Shown here in pieces: positions 1 through 9,768 of a stretch of DNA of 64,000 nt (within the stretch, counting starts at the first letter, position 1; the number at the start of each line of letters is the position of its first letter). The stretch is from Candidatus Borrarchaeum weybense (GTDB lineage: Archaea; Asgardarchaeota; Sifarchaeia; Borrarchaeales; Borrarchaeaceae): the NCBI GenBank assembly GCA_019057385.1, contig JAHQJS010000005.1:64001-128000 (forward strand), read 5' to 3'. A program made the translations under genes and the position numbers. Under the pieces are notes generated by a model. The model saw only the letters and a program-made list of their open reading frames with translations, was not told where the DNA came from and made no database searches.

Positions 1-135
1 GGTTTCTATCATAAACCAAAACATATTGAAGATCTTGTGAATTTTGTTGTTGGTCGGATATTAGATCTATTACATATTCCACATAACTTGTTTTCGCGGT
101 GGCCATCTAAAAAGACTAAACGAAATGATTCTTAA
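1..135 (+). CDS. ubiX: C-terminal fragment of UbiX/Pad1 flavin prenyltransferase (truncated by window start)
   Basis: Frame 1 translates [34 protein letters not shown]..., the typical UbiX C-terminus; stop TAA at 133-135. Confidence 0.8.
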   Translation, partial: GFYHKPKHIEDLVNFVVGRILDLLHIPHNLFSRWPSKKTKRNDS

Positions 136-358
136 CAAGCATTTAGTTGACTTCTGGGAATAATTACACCAAATAAACTCTCTATGCGTTTTAGGGATGT
201 AGTTCACAAAAACTAGTTGATTTTATCAAAACTTGTGGTCTTTATATACTATTTTTCATTTTTGTCTACGCTCTAATAGAGCCCCACATTTCTAGAAGAG
301 ATGTACAGTTAATCACTAATACATCATTTCTAAACCAGATTTCCTTAGGTGAGAGACC

Positions 359-640
359 ATGACTGAGGCAATTACAACCACGAGTACTGAAGTAACGCAA
401 GAAGATCTACAAAAACTCTATAAGAAACAGACTGATTTAATTGCGGAAAAAATCAAATATGAACTAGTAATTGGAGATATCCTTCATGCTTTTGATACTA
501 GAGATGCCCTGAAATGGAACAAAGCAAAAAAAATAGCAAAGATGGAACTTTTGAACAAATATATTCTTCAGTACAACCAGGTAAGAAAACAACTCATTGA
601 AATAAATAAGACAATTAGGGCATTAGAAGAGCAAACATAG
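359..640 (+). CDS. hypothetical coiled-coil protein
   Basis: 93-aa ORF preceded by AGGTGA RBS. Confidence 0.6.
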   Translation: MTEAITTTSTEVTQEDLQKLYKKQTDLIAEKIKYELVIGDILHAFDTRDALKWNKAKKIAKMELLNKYILQYNQVRKQLIEINKTIRALEEQT

Positions 641-712
641 ACTTAATTCTATTCTACTATTAATTCTGCACTGCACTAGCTTATTTTCATGGTTTAATCA
701 CAGTAAGAGATA

Positions 713-967
713 TTATATCATGCTATGAAGTCTTAGGCGTTTTTTTTCCCATGAGATGGTACCTTTATCGACCATATGATCGATAAGTTCACTTATTCGG
801 TGTTTAAGATCCTCAACCGATGATGAAGTTGTATACTGTATTAATTCAATCAATTCATCAAATTTTGGAAATTTACCAGTTTGGTTATGAAATTGGTCAA
901 TGAAGAATTTCAAATCCTCTTCACTGATGCTACTAAAATCGCCACTCATAACTAAAATCGCCGCCAC
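713..967 (-). CDS. hypothetical protein, possible winged-helix
   Basis: 84-aa ORF with a wHTH-like C-terminus (LIDHMVDKGTISWE). Confidence 0.5.
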   Translation of the reverse strand: MAAILVMSGDFSSISEEDLKFFIDQFHNQTGKFPKFDELIELIQYTTSSSVEDLKHRISELIDHMVDKGTISWEKKRLRLHSMI

Positions 968-1169
968 AAATTCAATTAGAAGAGTTGGTGAAATTATTTC
1001 TCATATCATGAGAATTTCTTATCTATAAAATAATTAATTTTTCTCGTTTAACTAAGGAAAAAATCTATGATTGAAATCAGTAGTATAGCATCAAAGTCTT
1101 TTGTCAAACTGGATTTGCAGTTTTTTCCAATATGTTTCTTTTCTTCCACTTTTTCCACTTCCTTCTTAA

Positions 1170-1342
1170 TTTAAAGATTACACATCGGATAGTGGTTCCA
1201 AATAAAAAATCATAATTTAAGAACTATAGTTAAAAAGTCGGCTTCACGTATAAAAAGAAATTGTCTTTGAAGTAATCTTGCAATATAGGTGACCTATGGT
1301 CTGGGGTAAATCCATTTTTTCAATATGTTTCTTTTCTTCCAC
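1170..1342 (-). pseudogene. frameshifted paralog remnant of the 1357-1809 gene
   Basis: Translates in shifting frames as VEEKKHIEK / DLPQTIGHL / IARLLQRQF, matching MEEK...YDLPQSLGYLIARLVHQKF of the upstream ORF; left end approximate. Confidence 0.55.
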
Positions 1343-1356
1343 CTTTCTACTCCCTT

Positions 1357-1809
1357 TTAGCTATAAAATAACAGTTTCTGTTGCAATTCAGTCTGCGCTA
1401 TTTGTTGTTTTATTGCAGAAATGCCGACTTTAGCTTCCGTCATATCTCCGCCTATTTTGTAACGTTCGGTCAAATCATATTGCCCTTTCTTGACTTCCTT
1501 CAGTTCATAACTAACATAATAGACGGTTTTTATGTAATTACTTTTGCAGTGCAGACATTTTGCTTCTCCAGAAACCGCTTTAGTTTCAACTGCTTCATAG
1601 ACGAATTGCATTTTACCAAAGTCTAGCTTAATGATATTGTAACGTTCCATTTTTTCTTTATCATCGAAGACTATTGTCATTGTTCCATCTCGATTTATGG
1701 CGGCAACTTCTCTAGGAAACTTTTGGTGAACGAGCCTCGCAATGAGATAGCCTAGGGACTGGGGTAGATCATATTTTGCTTCAGAGGTCTTTTCCTCCAT
1801 TTTTTCCAC
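1357..1809 (-). CDS. hypothetical protein (single CxxC)
   Basis: 150-aa ORF, GTG start. Confidence 0.6.
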   Translation of the reverse strand: MEKMEEKTSEAKYDLPQSLGYLIARLVHQKFPREVAAINRDGTMTIVFDDKEKMERYNIIKLDFGKMQFVYEAVETKAVSGEAKCLHCKSNYIKTVYYVSYELKEVKKGQYDLTERYKIGGDMTEAKVGISAIKQQIAQTELQQKLLFYS

Positions 1810-2269
1810 CTCTTTTTTAATTTATGATGCAAATAAATTTGATTTACTAATAGATAAAGATACAAATGGTTTGGAAATCGAGGGGATTGTTAACGATATC
1901 TTCAATTAACTTTTCGGATCCATCTCTTAAATTACTTGTGGGAAATCTCTACGCTGTTCTCAACTCTTATGCTCCAAGAACCGCTAAAGTGAGGTATAAT
2001 GTAATTTACTTGTATCAATAAATTAATCGAAATATCGCCATATATAGATACACAACAATAAGTTAAAAATACATCGATAGCGGAAATTTAAGATTAACAC
2101 GAACTGTCATGTTTCTTGTAAAGTTCGCAGGATCATGTTTCATTATCATTTACATCAACAGATCCTTTGATGTTTCTTTCAGTAACCACAATACTAAGAA
2201 ATATATAATGTCCACGAACGAAAGAATGATACATACTATTAATTGAATAAATTGAAAGGAAAGAAAAAA

Positions 2270-2455
2270 ATGGCTAATAAGGAACAGATGATAATAGATG
2301 CGATGAAGAAAGCAAACAAACCCGTAAGACCTGGAGACATCGCAAAAATGACAGACTTAGAATCGAAGGAAATTTCTAAAATTATAAAGGAGTTAAAGAA
2401 GAGCGGAAAGGTTGTCGTTCCTAAAAGGTGCTATTACATACTAGTTGATGAATAA
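2270..2455 (+). CDS. small winged-helix (MarR-like) DNA-binding protein
   Basis: MANKEQMIIDAMKKANKPVRPGDIAKMTDLESKEISKIIKELKKSGKVVVPKRCYY, HTH pattern. Confidence 0.75.
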   Translation: MANKEQMIIDAMKKANKPVRPGDIAKMTDLESKEISKIIKELKKSGKVVVPKRCYYILVDE

Positions 2456-2489
2456 AAAAACAAGTTTCATTTCTAAAAAGCTAGCGAGT

Positions 2490-3923
2490 CTATAATTTCT
2501 TTGAAATGTCGAGAATTCGTTCCATCTTAGTAATACGTTCTTCGAGATTTTTAATTGCTTTATCCTTTTCTCTAATTTCTTTTTCTATCTGATTGAGTCT
2601 TCCGACACCCTCTCTGCTAAAAGGTGCTTTCATGTATTCAGAAGCGATCCAACCAAGATCATGTCTATCAAAATAGTTCTCTTTTGATCCTTCGAGTTTA
2701 TGACCCATTAATGCTTCTGCAAGGTCGTTATCAATGGGTGCTTTGTAGAACATTTTTCTAAAACTCTTTCGAAGTAGGTGCGCCCATATTCGGTCAGGGT
2801 CTAAACCGATTTTCTTAGCACTACGTTTCACAATACGATTTACTGAATCGTGATAGAGAGGTCTACCATTTTCACGATAACTTTCAGAAGCAAATACAAT
2901 GTCGTCATCTTTTGGTTTCCATCCTTCTGTTTCTTTTCTCCACTCGATATAAGTTTTCAATGCTTCAGCAGCTTCGTCTTGTAGGAAGGTATAATAGTAG
3001 GTGAGTTGATAATTAATGAGTTTGGTGTCTATGTCTGATGTAATTTTGAGATGAATAGGAACGGTTAATTTTGGTTCGACAAATGCTTTAATCATTCCAT
3101 ATGTCCAGCGGCGAATACAATTACTTCTAACTCCGCTTTGAAACAAACACAGAATCAATGCTCTATTCCTTAACGATCCTGCACTATCAGCCATACGGTA
3201 GATTTCTTCCTTTTGTGGTATTTGTTGAATACGAGTTCTTTTAGCAGTTCTTTTTACCTTATCCCTTTTGGTAAACGGTATTCTTCGTCGATGATAATCA
3301 AAAAACGATCTTAATACTATATAGATTTTTCGAGCGGTCTCGTTCTTTCCTTCTTTAATATATTTTTGTTTAACTAGCGTATATTTCTTAATTATCTCTT
3401 CTGGTGATAGAGATAAAAGGTCTGGTGGTTTTAGTTTTGAGTGGTCAAGAAAATAATTCATACAACTCAGATAACCGTCGCGAGTACCAGTAGATTTATA
3501 GTCATTTATCCAAAGATTGATTTCGTCGTAATCCAATAGCCAACCATAGACTTTTTCTGTCATGGGAATTTTTACAAAACGACCATACTCGTCTTGACGT
3601 TCTCCTAAAGGTTTTTCTATTTTTTTATTGTGATAACGCAAAAAATTATTTACTGCTGCTCTCATTTTCCAAAAACTACGATCTCTTAATGTTTCTTTTA
3701 GTTCTTTGAAAGTACGGTCAAAAAGAACGCTGATTTCTTCAGGTGTTTGATCTAAAAGTGTTTGTGGTGTGGTGTTTGTCTTTTTGCAGAAATGAGATAA
3801 ATTAGTTATACGCTCTCGCTGAGTGCTTTCTTTATTTGTATCAACAATCCATTCAGTTACAGACTTGAAATTTAAAAGCCAATCATAAGATTTCCGTTTG
3901 CTTCGAGTCAAGATTTTTGACAA
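2490..3923 (-). CDS. tyrosine recombinase/integrase with duplicated N-terminal core-binding domain
   Basis: Catalytic motifs SGVR, HLLRK, MGH, NYF; two similar N-terminal segments (YDWLLNFKSVTEWI / YGWLLDYDEINLWI); C-terminal coiled coil. Confidence 0.9.
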   Translation of the reverse strand: MSKILTRSKRKSYDWLLNFKSVTEWIVDTNKESTQRERITNLSHFCKKTNTTPQTLLDQTPEEISVLFDRTFKELKETLRDRSFWKMRAAVNNFLRYHNKKIEKPLGERQDEYGRFVKIPMTEKVYGWLLDYDEINLWINDYKSTGTRDGYLSCMNYFLDHSKLKPPDLLSLSPEEIIKKYTLVKQKYIKEGKNETARKIYIVLRSFFDYHRRRIPFTKRDKVKRTAKRTRIQQIPQKEEIYRMADSAGSLRNRALILCLFQSGVRSNCIRRWTYGMIKAFVEPKLTVPIHLKITSDIDTKLINYQLTYYYTFLQDEAAEALKTYIEWRKETEGWKPKDDDIVFASESYRENGRPLYHDSVNRIVKRSAKKIGLDPDRIWAHLLRKSFRKMFYKAPIDNDLAEALMGHKLEGSKENYFDRHDLGWIASEYMKAPFSREGVGRLNQIEKEIREKDKAIKNLEERITKMERILDISKKL

Positions 3924-4070
3924 TATATCATCCTCCTCTTTGTTGAAGAAAGATCGCTGACTTCATATTAAAAAGAGATATATAAGGGTACCGCAGTAAG
4001 TCACCAAAACGATGTTATTACGCTCTGGCTGAGCAGTAAACTAATAGTCTAAACTCTGACAAGTTTTCAT

Positions 4071-4706
4071 TTATTCATCTTTTTTTGCGCTTTTTAAAAA
4101 AATTGTAAGCTGTGCAAGTCTCTTAACCATCTTATGGATTGATTTGAGACCCACTTCGTCCTCTTTGGTTCCCTCGGCTTTTTGGTCCTTTGACCAAATA
4201 GTTCCCCCTAGGTTCGCGCCAAAACTTCCTCCCCCGACCGGAAGCATGAAATTTATTATGTAGAAATCGATGATCGTCTTAATTGTTGGTTCTTGACCTC
4301 CTATTCTATCGCCCCCAGAAGCGATCGCTCCACCTACTTTGTTCTTAAAAATATGAATATCTTTTGCAACTAAGGCACGGCATCGATCAAGTATTGCTTT
4401 TGTCTGAGCGGATACATTTCCCTGATAAACAGGTGAACCGATAATCCACGCATCTGCCCATACTAATTTCTGAAAAAGTTCCTGTGACACGTCATCGTCC
4501 TTATGTACACATTTGCCCTCTTTTTTTCGTACGCATAAATCACAATGAATACAGAACTTGATATTCTTTTTATGTGCGGAAAAGTAATCAGTCTTAACGT
4601 TATATTTCTCACGAGCGTATCTTAATGCTTCGTTCACTGCGAAATCAGTTGATCCTAGCCTAGGACTGCCAGAGATCCCAAGTATTTTAATTTGATCATT
4701 GGTCAT
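4071..4706 (-). CDS. iron-sulfur flavoprotein (NADPH-dependent FMN reductase/flavodoxin family)
   Basis: GISGSPR, CxxCxxCx6C cluster, GSPVY, GGQE motifs. Confidence 0.9.
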   Translation of the reverse strand: MTNDQIKILGISGSPRLGSTDFAVNEALRYAREKYNVKTDYFSAHKKNIKFCIHCDLCVRKKEGKCVHKDDDVSQELFQKLVWADAWIIGSPVYQGNVSAQTKAILDRCRALVAKDIHIFKNKVGGAIASGGDRIGGQEPTIKTIIDFYIINFMLPVGGGSFGANLGGTIWSKDQKAEGTKEDEVGLKSIHKMVKRLAQLTIFLKSAKKDE

Positions 4707-4786
4707 TAATATCCCTCACTTGATGTAATTAAAGCGATTTATTGTCTAAAAAAAGGTTGTAAAAAAGTCTTTTGGAGAATTAAAAC

Positions 4787-5221
4787 TCAATACAGTGTGA
4801 GATAGACGAAGATTCCGCTAATCACCAGAAAATACCACAATAATAGTAGTATTATTCCTAATGTCTGATGTATACGTCGCTGCCTAGGTGGTAGAACCAT
4901 GACCGGGCTGTCTTTTGCCCTCCAAATAAACCCAAGAATGATATTAATTGCAGCTAATATCACAACCAAAGACGCAATTGTAGCATGTGCGATTGTTGAC
5001 GCCGCTTCAGCTATGGAAAGCAAAATAGAGAAACTAATGACCATTAACGCAACACCAAATACAATGTGAGCCACAAAAGAACTTAGCATTATCCAGTGGT
5101 GCCGAGTACCTCTATGCTTTCGTGCAAAATAGAAACCAAGCGTCAAGAGAATCGCTAAAATTATTTCTACAATCAAGATTGCATCGGAAATTAATGGTGC
5201 TTGTGCTCTAAAAATTACCAT
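4787..5221 (-). CDS. DUF420/cytochrome b-like 4-TM membrane protein
   Basis: Four hydrophobic helices with His residues (HHWIM, HATI, RIHQTLG). Confidence 0.6.
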   Translation of the reverse strand: MVIFRAQAPLISDAILIVEIILAILLTLGFYFARKHRGTRHHWIMLSSFVAHIVFGVALMVISFSILLSIAEAASTIAHATIASLVVILAAINIILGFIWRAKDSPVMVLPPRQRRIHQTLGIILLLLWYFLVISGIFVYLTLY

Positions 5222-5266
5222 CTTTTCCCTCCATTAATTATTAAAGTCCGTTTTATGAAAGTTCGG

Positions 5267-5836
5267 TTATAAAAAGCGATCTAATGTGGCACTTTTGCTA
5301 ACGATACTACGTATGTCTTCTGGTTTCTTCAGTACGGTGATACTTTGCATTTGACGAAGTTTCGCTACGTTTTCAACATCAATAGGTCGCATTGTTAATG
5401 TCAATTCCTTTCCACTAGGCAATATCGTTGTAACACTACCAAACTCTTGATCTACTGGTAAAATAAAAACAGGACATCCTCCCTTAATTCCCTGACTCAA
5501 AGAATTCGTGATTAAAGTATCTGCAATCCCGTGAACTATTTTGGCAGTTGTATTTGCTGATGACGGCGCAATGAGGAAGAAATCATATTTTCGTAGTTGT
5601 AATGAAGCAGCTAAGAATGGAGTATTTGCGTCCTTCTCAACCATTACTTTTCCAATCGTTTCTAAAGTATCCCAAAATTTATACATATCAGCAACAGTCT
5701 TGCCTGCTTTGCTCAAAAAAATTTTAACTTGAACTTTTTCTTCTTCTATAAGTTCTTTCATTATTTCTACTAACTCAGGAAGCATATCTCCTGCGCCCGT
5801 TATTCCCCATGCGATTCTTAAGTTCTTTTGCGACAT
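5267..5836 (-). CDS. afpA: archaeoflavoprotein (AfpA/DmrX-like, HFCD flavoprotein family)
   Basis: IAWGITGAG, APSSANTTAKIVHGIADTLITN, ILPVDQ motifs. Confidence 0.85.
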   Translation of the reverse strand: MSQKNLRIAWGITGAGDMLPELVEIMKELIEEEKVQVKIFLSKAGKTVADMYKFWDTLETIGKVMVEKDANTPFLAASLQLRKYDFFLIAPSSANTTAKIVHGIADTLITNSLSQGIKGGCPVFILPVDQEFGSVTTILPSGKELTLTMRPIDVENVAKLRQMQSITVLKKPEDIRSIVSKSATLDRFL

Positions 5837-6061
5837 AGGTCTACCTCACTTAGCTCAAACTTAAAGTAACATTATGGCACTATCTCTATAAGAATCTATT
5901 TGTTGACAAATACCTCTTGTAAAAATTTAGATCGCGCAAAATTATCTTCACAGGTCATCTATTTTCTCTTATTTCGAACACTATAAGTTTAAATTTAATT
6001 TACCTATGCCTATATCGATTAAATTATAATGATACATAATGAAAGAACAAATACGGAGACT

Positions 6062-6313
6062 ATGACAATGTCAAATGATAAAAAAGCAGACAAAGTTTTG
6101 GATTGCCGTGGAATGCTATGCCCAGAACCAGTTTTAGAAACGAAAAAAAATATTAAAAATTTAGAAATTGGGCAAGTCCTAGAAGTTTTAGCCGATGACA
6201 GGGGCTCTGTAGAAGATATTCCACGATGGGCCAAAAGAACTAAACAAGAGTTTCTAGGTTATGAAGAAACAGATGAGGGCCACTATAGTTTCCTTATAAA
6301 ACGAATTAAGTAG
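6062..6313 (+). CDS. tusA: TusA/SirA sulfur carrier protein
   Basis: LDCRGMLCPEP and LEVLADD...DIPRWA motifs. Confidence 0.9.
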   Translation: MTMSNDKKADKVLDCRGMLCPEPVLETKKNIKNLEIGQVLEVLADDRGSVEDIPRWAKRTKQEFLGYEETDEGHYSFLIKRIK

Positions 6314-6324
6314 GAGGAATTAAT

Positions 6325-6681
6325 ATGGCTAAGAAAATCGCAATCATTGTATCAGGAGATACACCAGATAAGGCGTATCCCCCGTTCATTTTAGCAACGA
6401 CGGCAGCGGCGAGTGACATGGAGGTGCACTTGTACTTCACCATGAATGGCTTGCGTTTGCTGACGAAAGGATTTGCTGACAATATATCTATGCCTGGTGC
6501 TCCACCGCTGATTGGTCTGATCAATCGTGCAAGAGAAATGGGCGTGTATATGTACGGGTGCACAGTAAGTATGCCAATGCTACAAATCACAGAAGATGAC
6601 TTCATAGAAGGCGTTACCTGTGTAGGCGCAGCTACTTATCTTGATATAGCTGCTGATTGTGACGTCAGCCTCTATGTTTAA
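6325..6681 (+). CDS. DsrE/F-like (DsrE2-type) protein
   Basis: AYPPFILATTAAA..MEVHLYFT..G, YGC, GAATYL. Confidence 0.85.
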   Translation: MAKKIAIIVSGDTPDKAYPPFILATTAAASDMEVHLYFTMNGLRLLTKGFADNISMPGAPPLIGLINRAREMGVYMYGCTVSMPMLQITEDDFIEGVTCVGAATYLDIAADCDVSLYV

Positions 6682-6726
6682 AAATAAAACTCTCCTTTCT
6701 TTTTTTTGAATTTGAAGGTGATTATT

Positions 6727-7095
6727 ATGGGTACCTTATCTATTTTGCTCACAACAGGTCCTTACACTTCGCAGAACACAGATACAGTAATAGAGGTAAC
6801 TAAGGCTGCAGTAAAAAGGGGACACGAAGTCATGGGAATATATTTATTTATGGACGGTGTTTTAAATACCAATAAGGATATAGATAGTCTATCAGATGAG
6901 GAAAGAAATATTGCAAGGCTTCTGGAGGAGTTAACTGCAACGGGCGTAAAGATCTTTTCATGCCCAGTATGTTGTAGTTACCGGGGGATCAAGGATGAAA
7001 AATTACTGATCGAGGGTGCGACGTTCGATGGACTGGGCGGACTTAGTGAATTAGTGCTAGACTCTGACAGATTTTTGGTTTTTAGCGGTTATTAA
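6727..7095 (+). CDS. DsrE/TusD-like sulfur relay protein
   Basis: TTGPY, IYLFMDGV, CPVCCSYRG. Confidence 0.85.
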   Translation: MGTLSILLTTGPYTSQNTDTVIEVTKAAVKRGHEVMGIYLFMDGVLNTNKDIDSLSDEERNIARLLEELTATGVKIFSCPVCCSYRGIKDEKLLIEGATFDGLGGLSELVLDSDRFLVFSGY

Positions 7096-7478
7096 TGTTT
7101 GATGAGGAGAATGAATTGCCAGAAAGTGTCGTAATATTATTCCGAAATGCCCCTTATGGCACTGTTTTCAATGCCGAAGGTTTAAGAGTTTGTACTGGAC
7201 TGACGGCTTTAGATGTGGAGACGCATGCAGTATTTATGGACGATGCTGTTTTCACGTTGTTACAAGGACAAACGCCTAAAGGCATTCATATGGGGGATTT
7301 AAGCAAAGGAATCATTCCAATGATTGAGTTCGAAGTGAGTGTCTATGTAATGAAGGAGTCACTTGATTCACGTGGCTTAGCTGAAGATGACATCATAAAA
7401 AACGATGAAATTCAAATCATCTCTAAAAAAGAATTAAGCAAACTCATCGTAGAAGCAGATGTCACATTTTCGATATAG
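7095..7478 (+). CDS. DsrF/TusC-like protein
   Basis: APYGT..AEGLR, VFMDDAV, SLDSRGL. Confidence 0.85.
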   Translation: MFDEENELPESVVILFRNAPYGTVFNAEGLRVCTGLTALDVETHAVFMDDAVFTLLQGQTPKGIHMGDLSKGIIPMIEFEVSVYVMKESLDSRGLAEDDIIKNDEIQIISKKELSKLIVEADVTFSI

Positions 7479-7502
7479 GATAAAAGGATAGGTGGAAGTA
7501 AG

Positions 7503-7829
7503 ATGCCAAGTTTGTTATATATCGTAAGAAGATCTCCTTTCATGTATTCAGATCTTGAACGCGCTTCTGAATTAGCGTCTATGCAAAAAGAGGAAGGGAA
7601 TGATGTAGGGATGGTCTTGATGCAAGATGCTGTTCTTATCACTAAAAAATCCGAGAAGTCGAAAATGTTGGAAGAGATAATGGTAAATGGAATAAACATT
7701 TACGTTATAGAGGCAGACTGCAACGCAAGAGGCATCAATGAGATGATTATTGAAGGGGTCAAAAAAGTAGGCTACGAAGAGTTCATAGATTTAGTCATGG
7801 AAAACTATGAAAAAACTGTTTCTTTCTAA
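7503..7829 (+). CDS. DsrH/TusB-like protein
   Basis: RSPF, LMQDAV, DCNARGI, YEEFIDL. Confidence 0.85.
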   Translation: MPSLLYIVRRSPFMYSDLERASELASMQKEEGNDVGMVLMQDAVLITKKSEKSKMLEEIMVNGINIYVIEADCNARGINEMIIEGVKKVGYEEFIDLVMENYEKTVSF

Positions 7830-7876
7830 ACACTTATTTTTGTGACAGAAGAAGTTTCAATTGGATCGGAGTTTCA

Positions 7877-8539
7877 ATGAGTAAAGAAAATTTATTGCTA
7901 ACACTTGATAATAGGTTCGTGGACAATTTTCAACTTAAAATAAAGGACCTATCTGAAGGACGTTTCGTTGAAGAAACTAATTTCAAAATCTATTTGAAGA
8001 ACGAGAAAGAGAATTTATCTCGAAACCCGGCGATGTTTGGGAAGCACTTCAGTGGAAGAGGCAAATTCTATTTGCCCTGGGTCGAGGTGTATTTTGTAGA
8101 TACTGTAAAATTTGAATCTCGTGAAGAGACACTCTCCTATAAAACCCTTGGACTGCTCTTTAAAGAGATTTCCAGTATTATTCCTGCAGGCGGAAAGTTG
8201 ATGATACCTTATATCGGTCATGAAACTACTGATGCGGCTCTTCGTCATGGAGCACCACCAGTGACCACCGAAATAGGTTATCTCATGTGGCGAGCTGGCG
8301 CGACTTGGTTTAAAGACTGGTATTTCTCGGAGGGGGCGTGGGAAGGAGATGTGAAGATGCAAGGTAACAAGCCTTTTGATGAGAAACATCGGAAAAAAAA
8401 TTTATTATCGATTTACGAGGAAGTAAGCGACTTTTTGAAGAAGGATAACTCTAATTCTAAACTCTTTAATGGTTGCAGACAACGTGCCAAATTGATTTTG
8501 GACGAGATAATAACGCGATTTCCAGATATTTCTCTATAA
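7877..8539 (+). CDS. DUF1122 family protein
   Basis: FSGRG..YLPWVE and G.TWFKDWYF.EG..EG..K.Q..KP motifs. Confidence 0.8.
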   Translation: MSKENLLLTLDNRFVDNFQLKIKDLSEGRFVEETNFKIYLKNEKENLSRNPAMFGKHFSGRGKFYLPWVEVYFVDTVKFESREETLSYKTLGLLFKEISSIIPAGGKLMIPYIGHETTDAALRHGAPPVTTEIGYLMWRAGATWFKDWYFSEGAWEGDVKMQGNKPFDEKHRKKNLLSIYEEVSDFLKKDNSNSKLFNGCRQRAKLILDEIITRFPDISL

Positions 8540-8679
8540 GCACGCCTTTTGTTTATTTTTCTCTTGTATTTATTTTTTTATTTATTTCAAAACAATTGTT
8601 CTAAAATCCGCAAGGTTTATATGTAGAGTTAACAATATAAACATTGATGACTCTACATATTTTATGGAGGTAAAATAAT

Positions 8680-8883
8680 ATGAGTATGAAAGACTGGGAA
8701 AAGGACATTAAAGAGTTAACCGTTCTTGGTAAAGAATTTTTTGGAAAGACTCAAGTGCTTCTCACAAAAATTACCAAAGAATTAGAAAAAGAGGCAGCAA
8801 ACAGGGTAAATGAACTGAAGGTTAACTTCGATAAATTTATGAAGGTTCTACTTAAGGCTGAGGTCACAAAAACTGCTGCCTAA
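8680..8883 (+). CDS. hypothetical helical protein
   Basis: 67-aa ORF with GGAGGT RBS and upstream TTTATA box. Confidence 0.6.
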   Translation: MSMKDWEKDIKELTVLGKEFFGKTQVLLTKITKELEKEAANRVNELKVNFDKFMKVLLKAEVTKTAA

Positions 8884-8915
8884 ACCTTATTTTTTATATT
8901 CTAAGAGGATTGAAA

Positions 8916-9083
8916 ATGTCGGACGAATATCTAAGAAATAAAGTCAAAGAACTTTCAAATGAATGGAAAAAAACGAAAGAGCCTTATTACATTCAAGAAG
9001 CATTAAGTACAGCCAAAAAAATTAAAGACGGGCAGGCTCAATCATTCTTAGAAATTTTACTTGCACTTGCCAGTGCTAAATGA
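8916..9083 (+). CDS. small hypothetical protein (55 aa, below the ORF track cutoff)
   Basis: MSDEYLRNKVKELSNEWKKTKEPYYIQEALSTAKKIKDGQAQSFLEILLALASAK*, GAGGA RBS. Confidence 0.5.
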   Translation: MSDEYLRNKVKELSNEWKKTKEPYYIQEALSTAKKIKDGQAQSFLEILLALASAK

Positions 9084-9175
9084 AACAATTGAAGAAATCA
9101 TTTTTTAAAATACTTTCACTCTTTTTTCGAAGCATGGGGCATTCATCTACGATTTGGTAGTTTTCTTGCAAGATA

Positions 9176-9219
9176 GTCAACTACCTACCCCACAAGTTGG
9201 GATCTTCTTGGGAGAAATA
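9176..9219 (-). mobile_element. degenerate IS200/IS605 end-fusion miniature element (PATE/MITE-like)
   Basis: Minus strand reads TTTAT|tatttctcccaagaagatcccaacttgtggggtaggtagttgac, i.e. the left end plus right end of the neighbouring TnpB element. Confidence 0.65.
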
Positions 9220-9290
9220 ATAAAAAAATAAGTAAGTTCACGAAAAACATGTAAAGTTAAGATTGTGGGAGAGTACACTAATACAGCTAA

Positions 9291-9575
9291 TTACTCAATG
9301 AGTTTGAGGATTTCTCCTTTTTTTTCTTCATTAATTGTGTATTTGACAGGAGAACCGTGTCGAATGGCGTTACGTGTAGGATCTATATGATGCTCGACCA
9401 CTAGACCATTTTCCATGAGCCATACTAATCGATGACTTATGATATCACTAGTTATTTTATCGCTTTGCGACTTTGTCTTCATTACTAAATGACTTGCTGT
9501 AAGTTCACCTTCAGATAGCAACGTTTTTAGTACTATTGAATCTAATTCTTTGTCAAAACCAGGCATTTCGCTCAT
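9291..9575 (-). CDS. winged-helix DNA-binding protein
   Basis: ISHRLVWLMENGLV...KYTIN wHTH pattern; GGTGA RBS. Confidence 0.65.
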   Translation of the reverse strand: MSEMPGFDKELDSIVLKTLLSEGELTASHLVMKTKSQSDKITSDIISHRLVWLMENGLVVEHHIDPTRNAIRHGSPVKYTINEEKKGEILKLIE

Positions 9576-9768
9576 TAATATCACCACGTTATCTTCAATG
9601 TTTCAAATTTGGCACTTATATTATTATTTTCAGCGGCAACTAGGAGTGTTTCACGTATGGGCTTCTGGTGAACAATAGAGTTGTAGAAATTGTATGATGG
9701 GGAACTAAACTAAAGAAAAAACGAAAAAAATTGCTAAATTACTAACCTTGTTTTTAAGCAGTTTATAT

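Noticed and set aside
1810-4070. tRNA or att site beside the integrase
   Set aside because: No tRNA-like sequence or flanking direct repeat found
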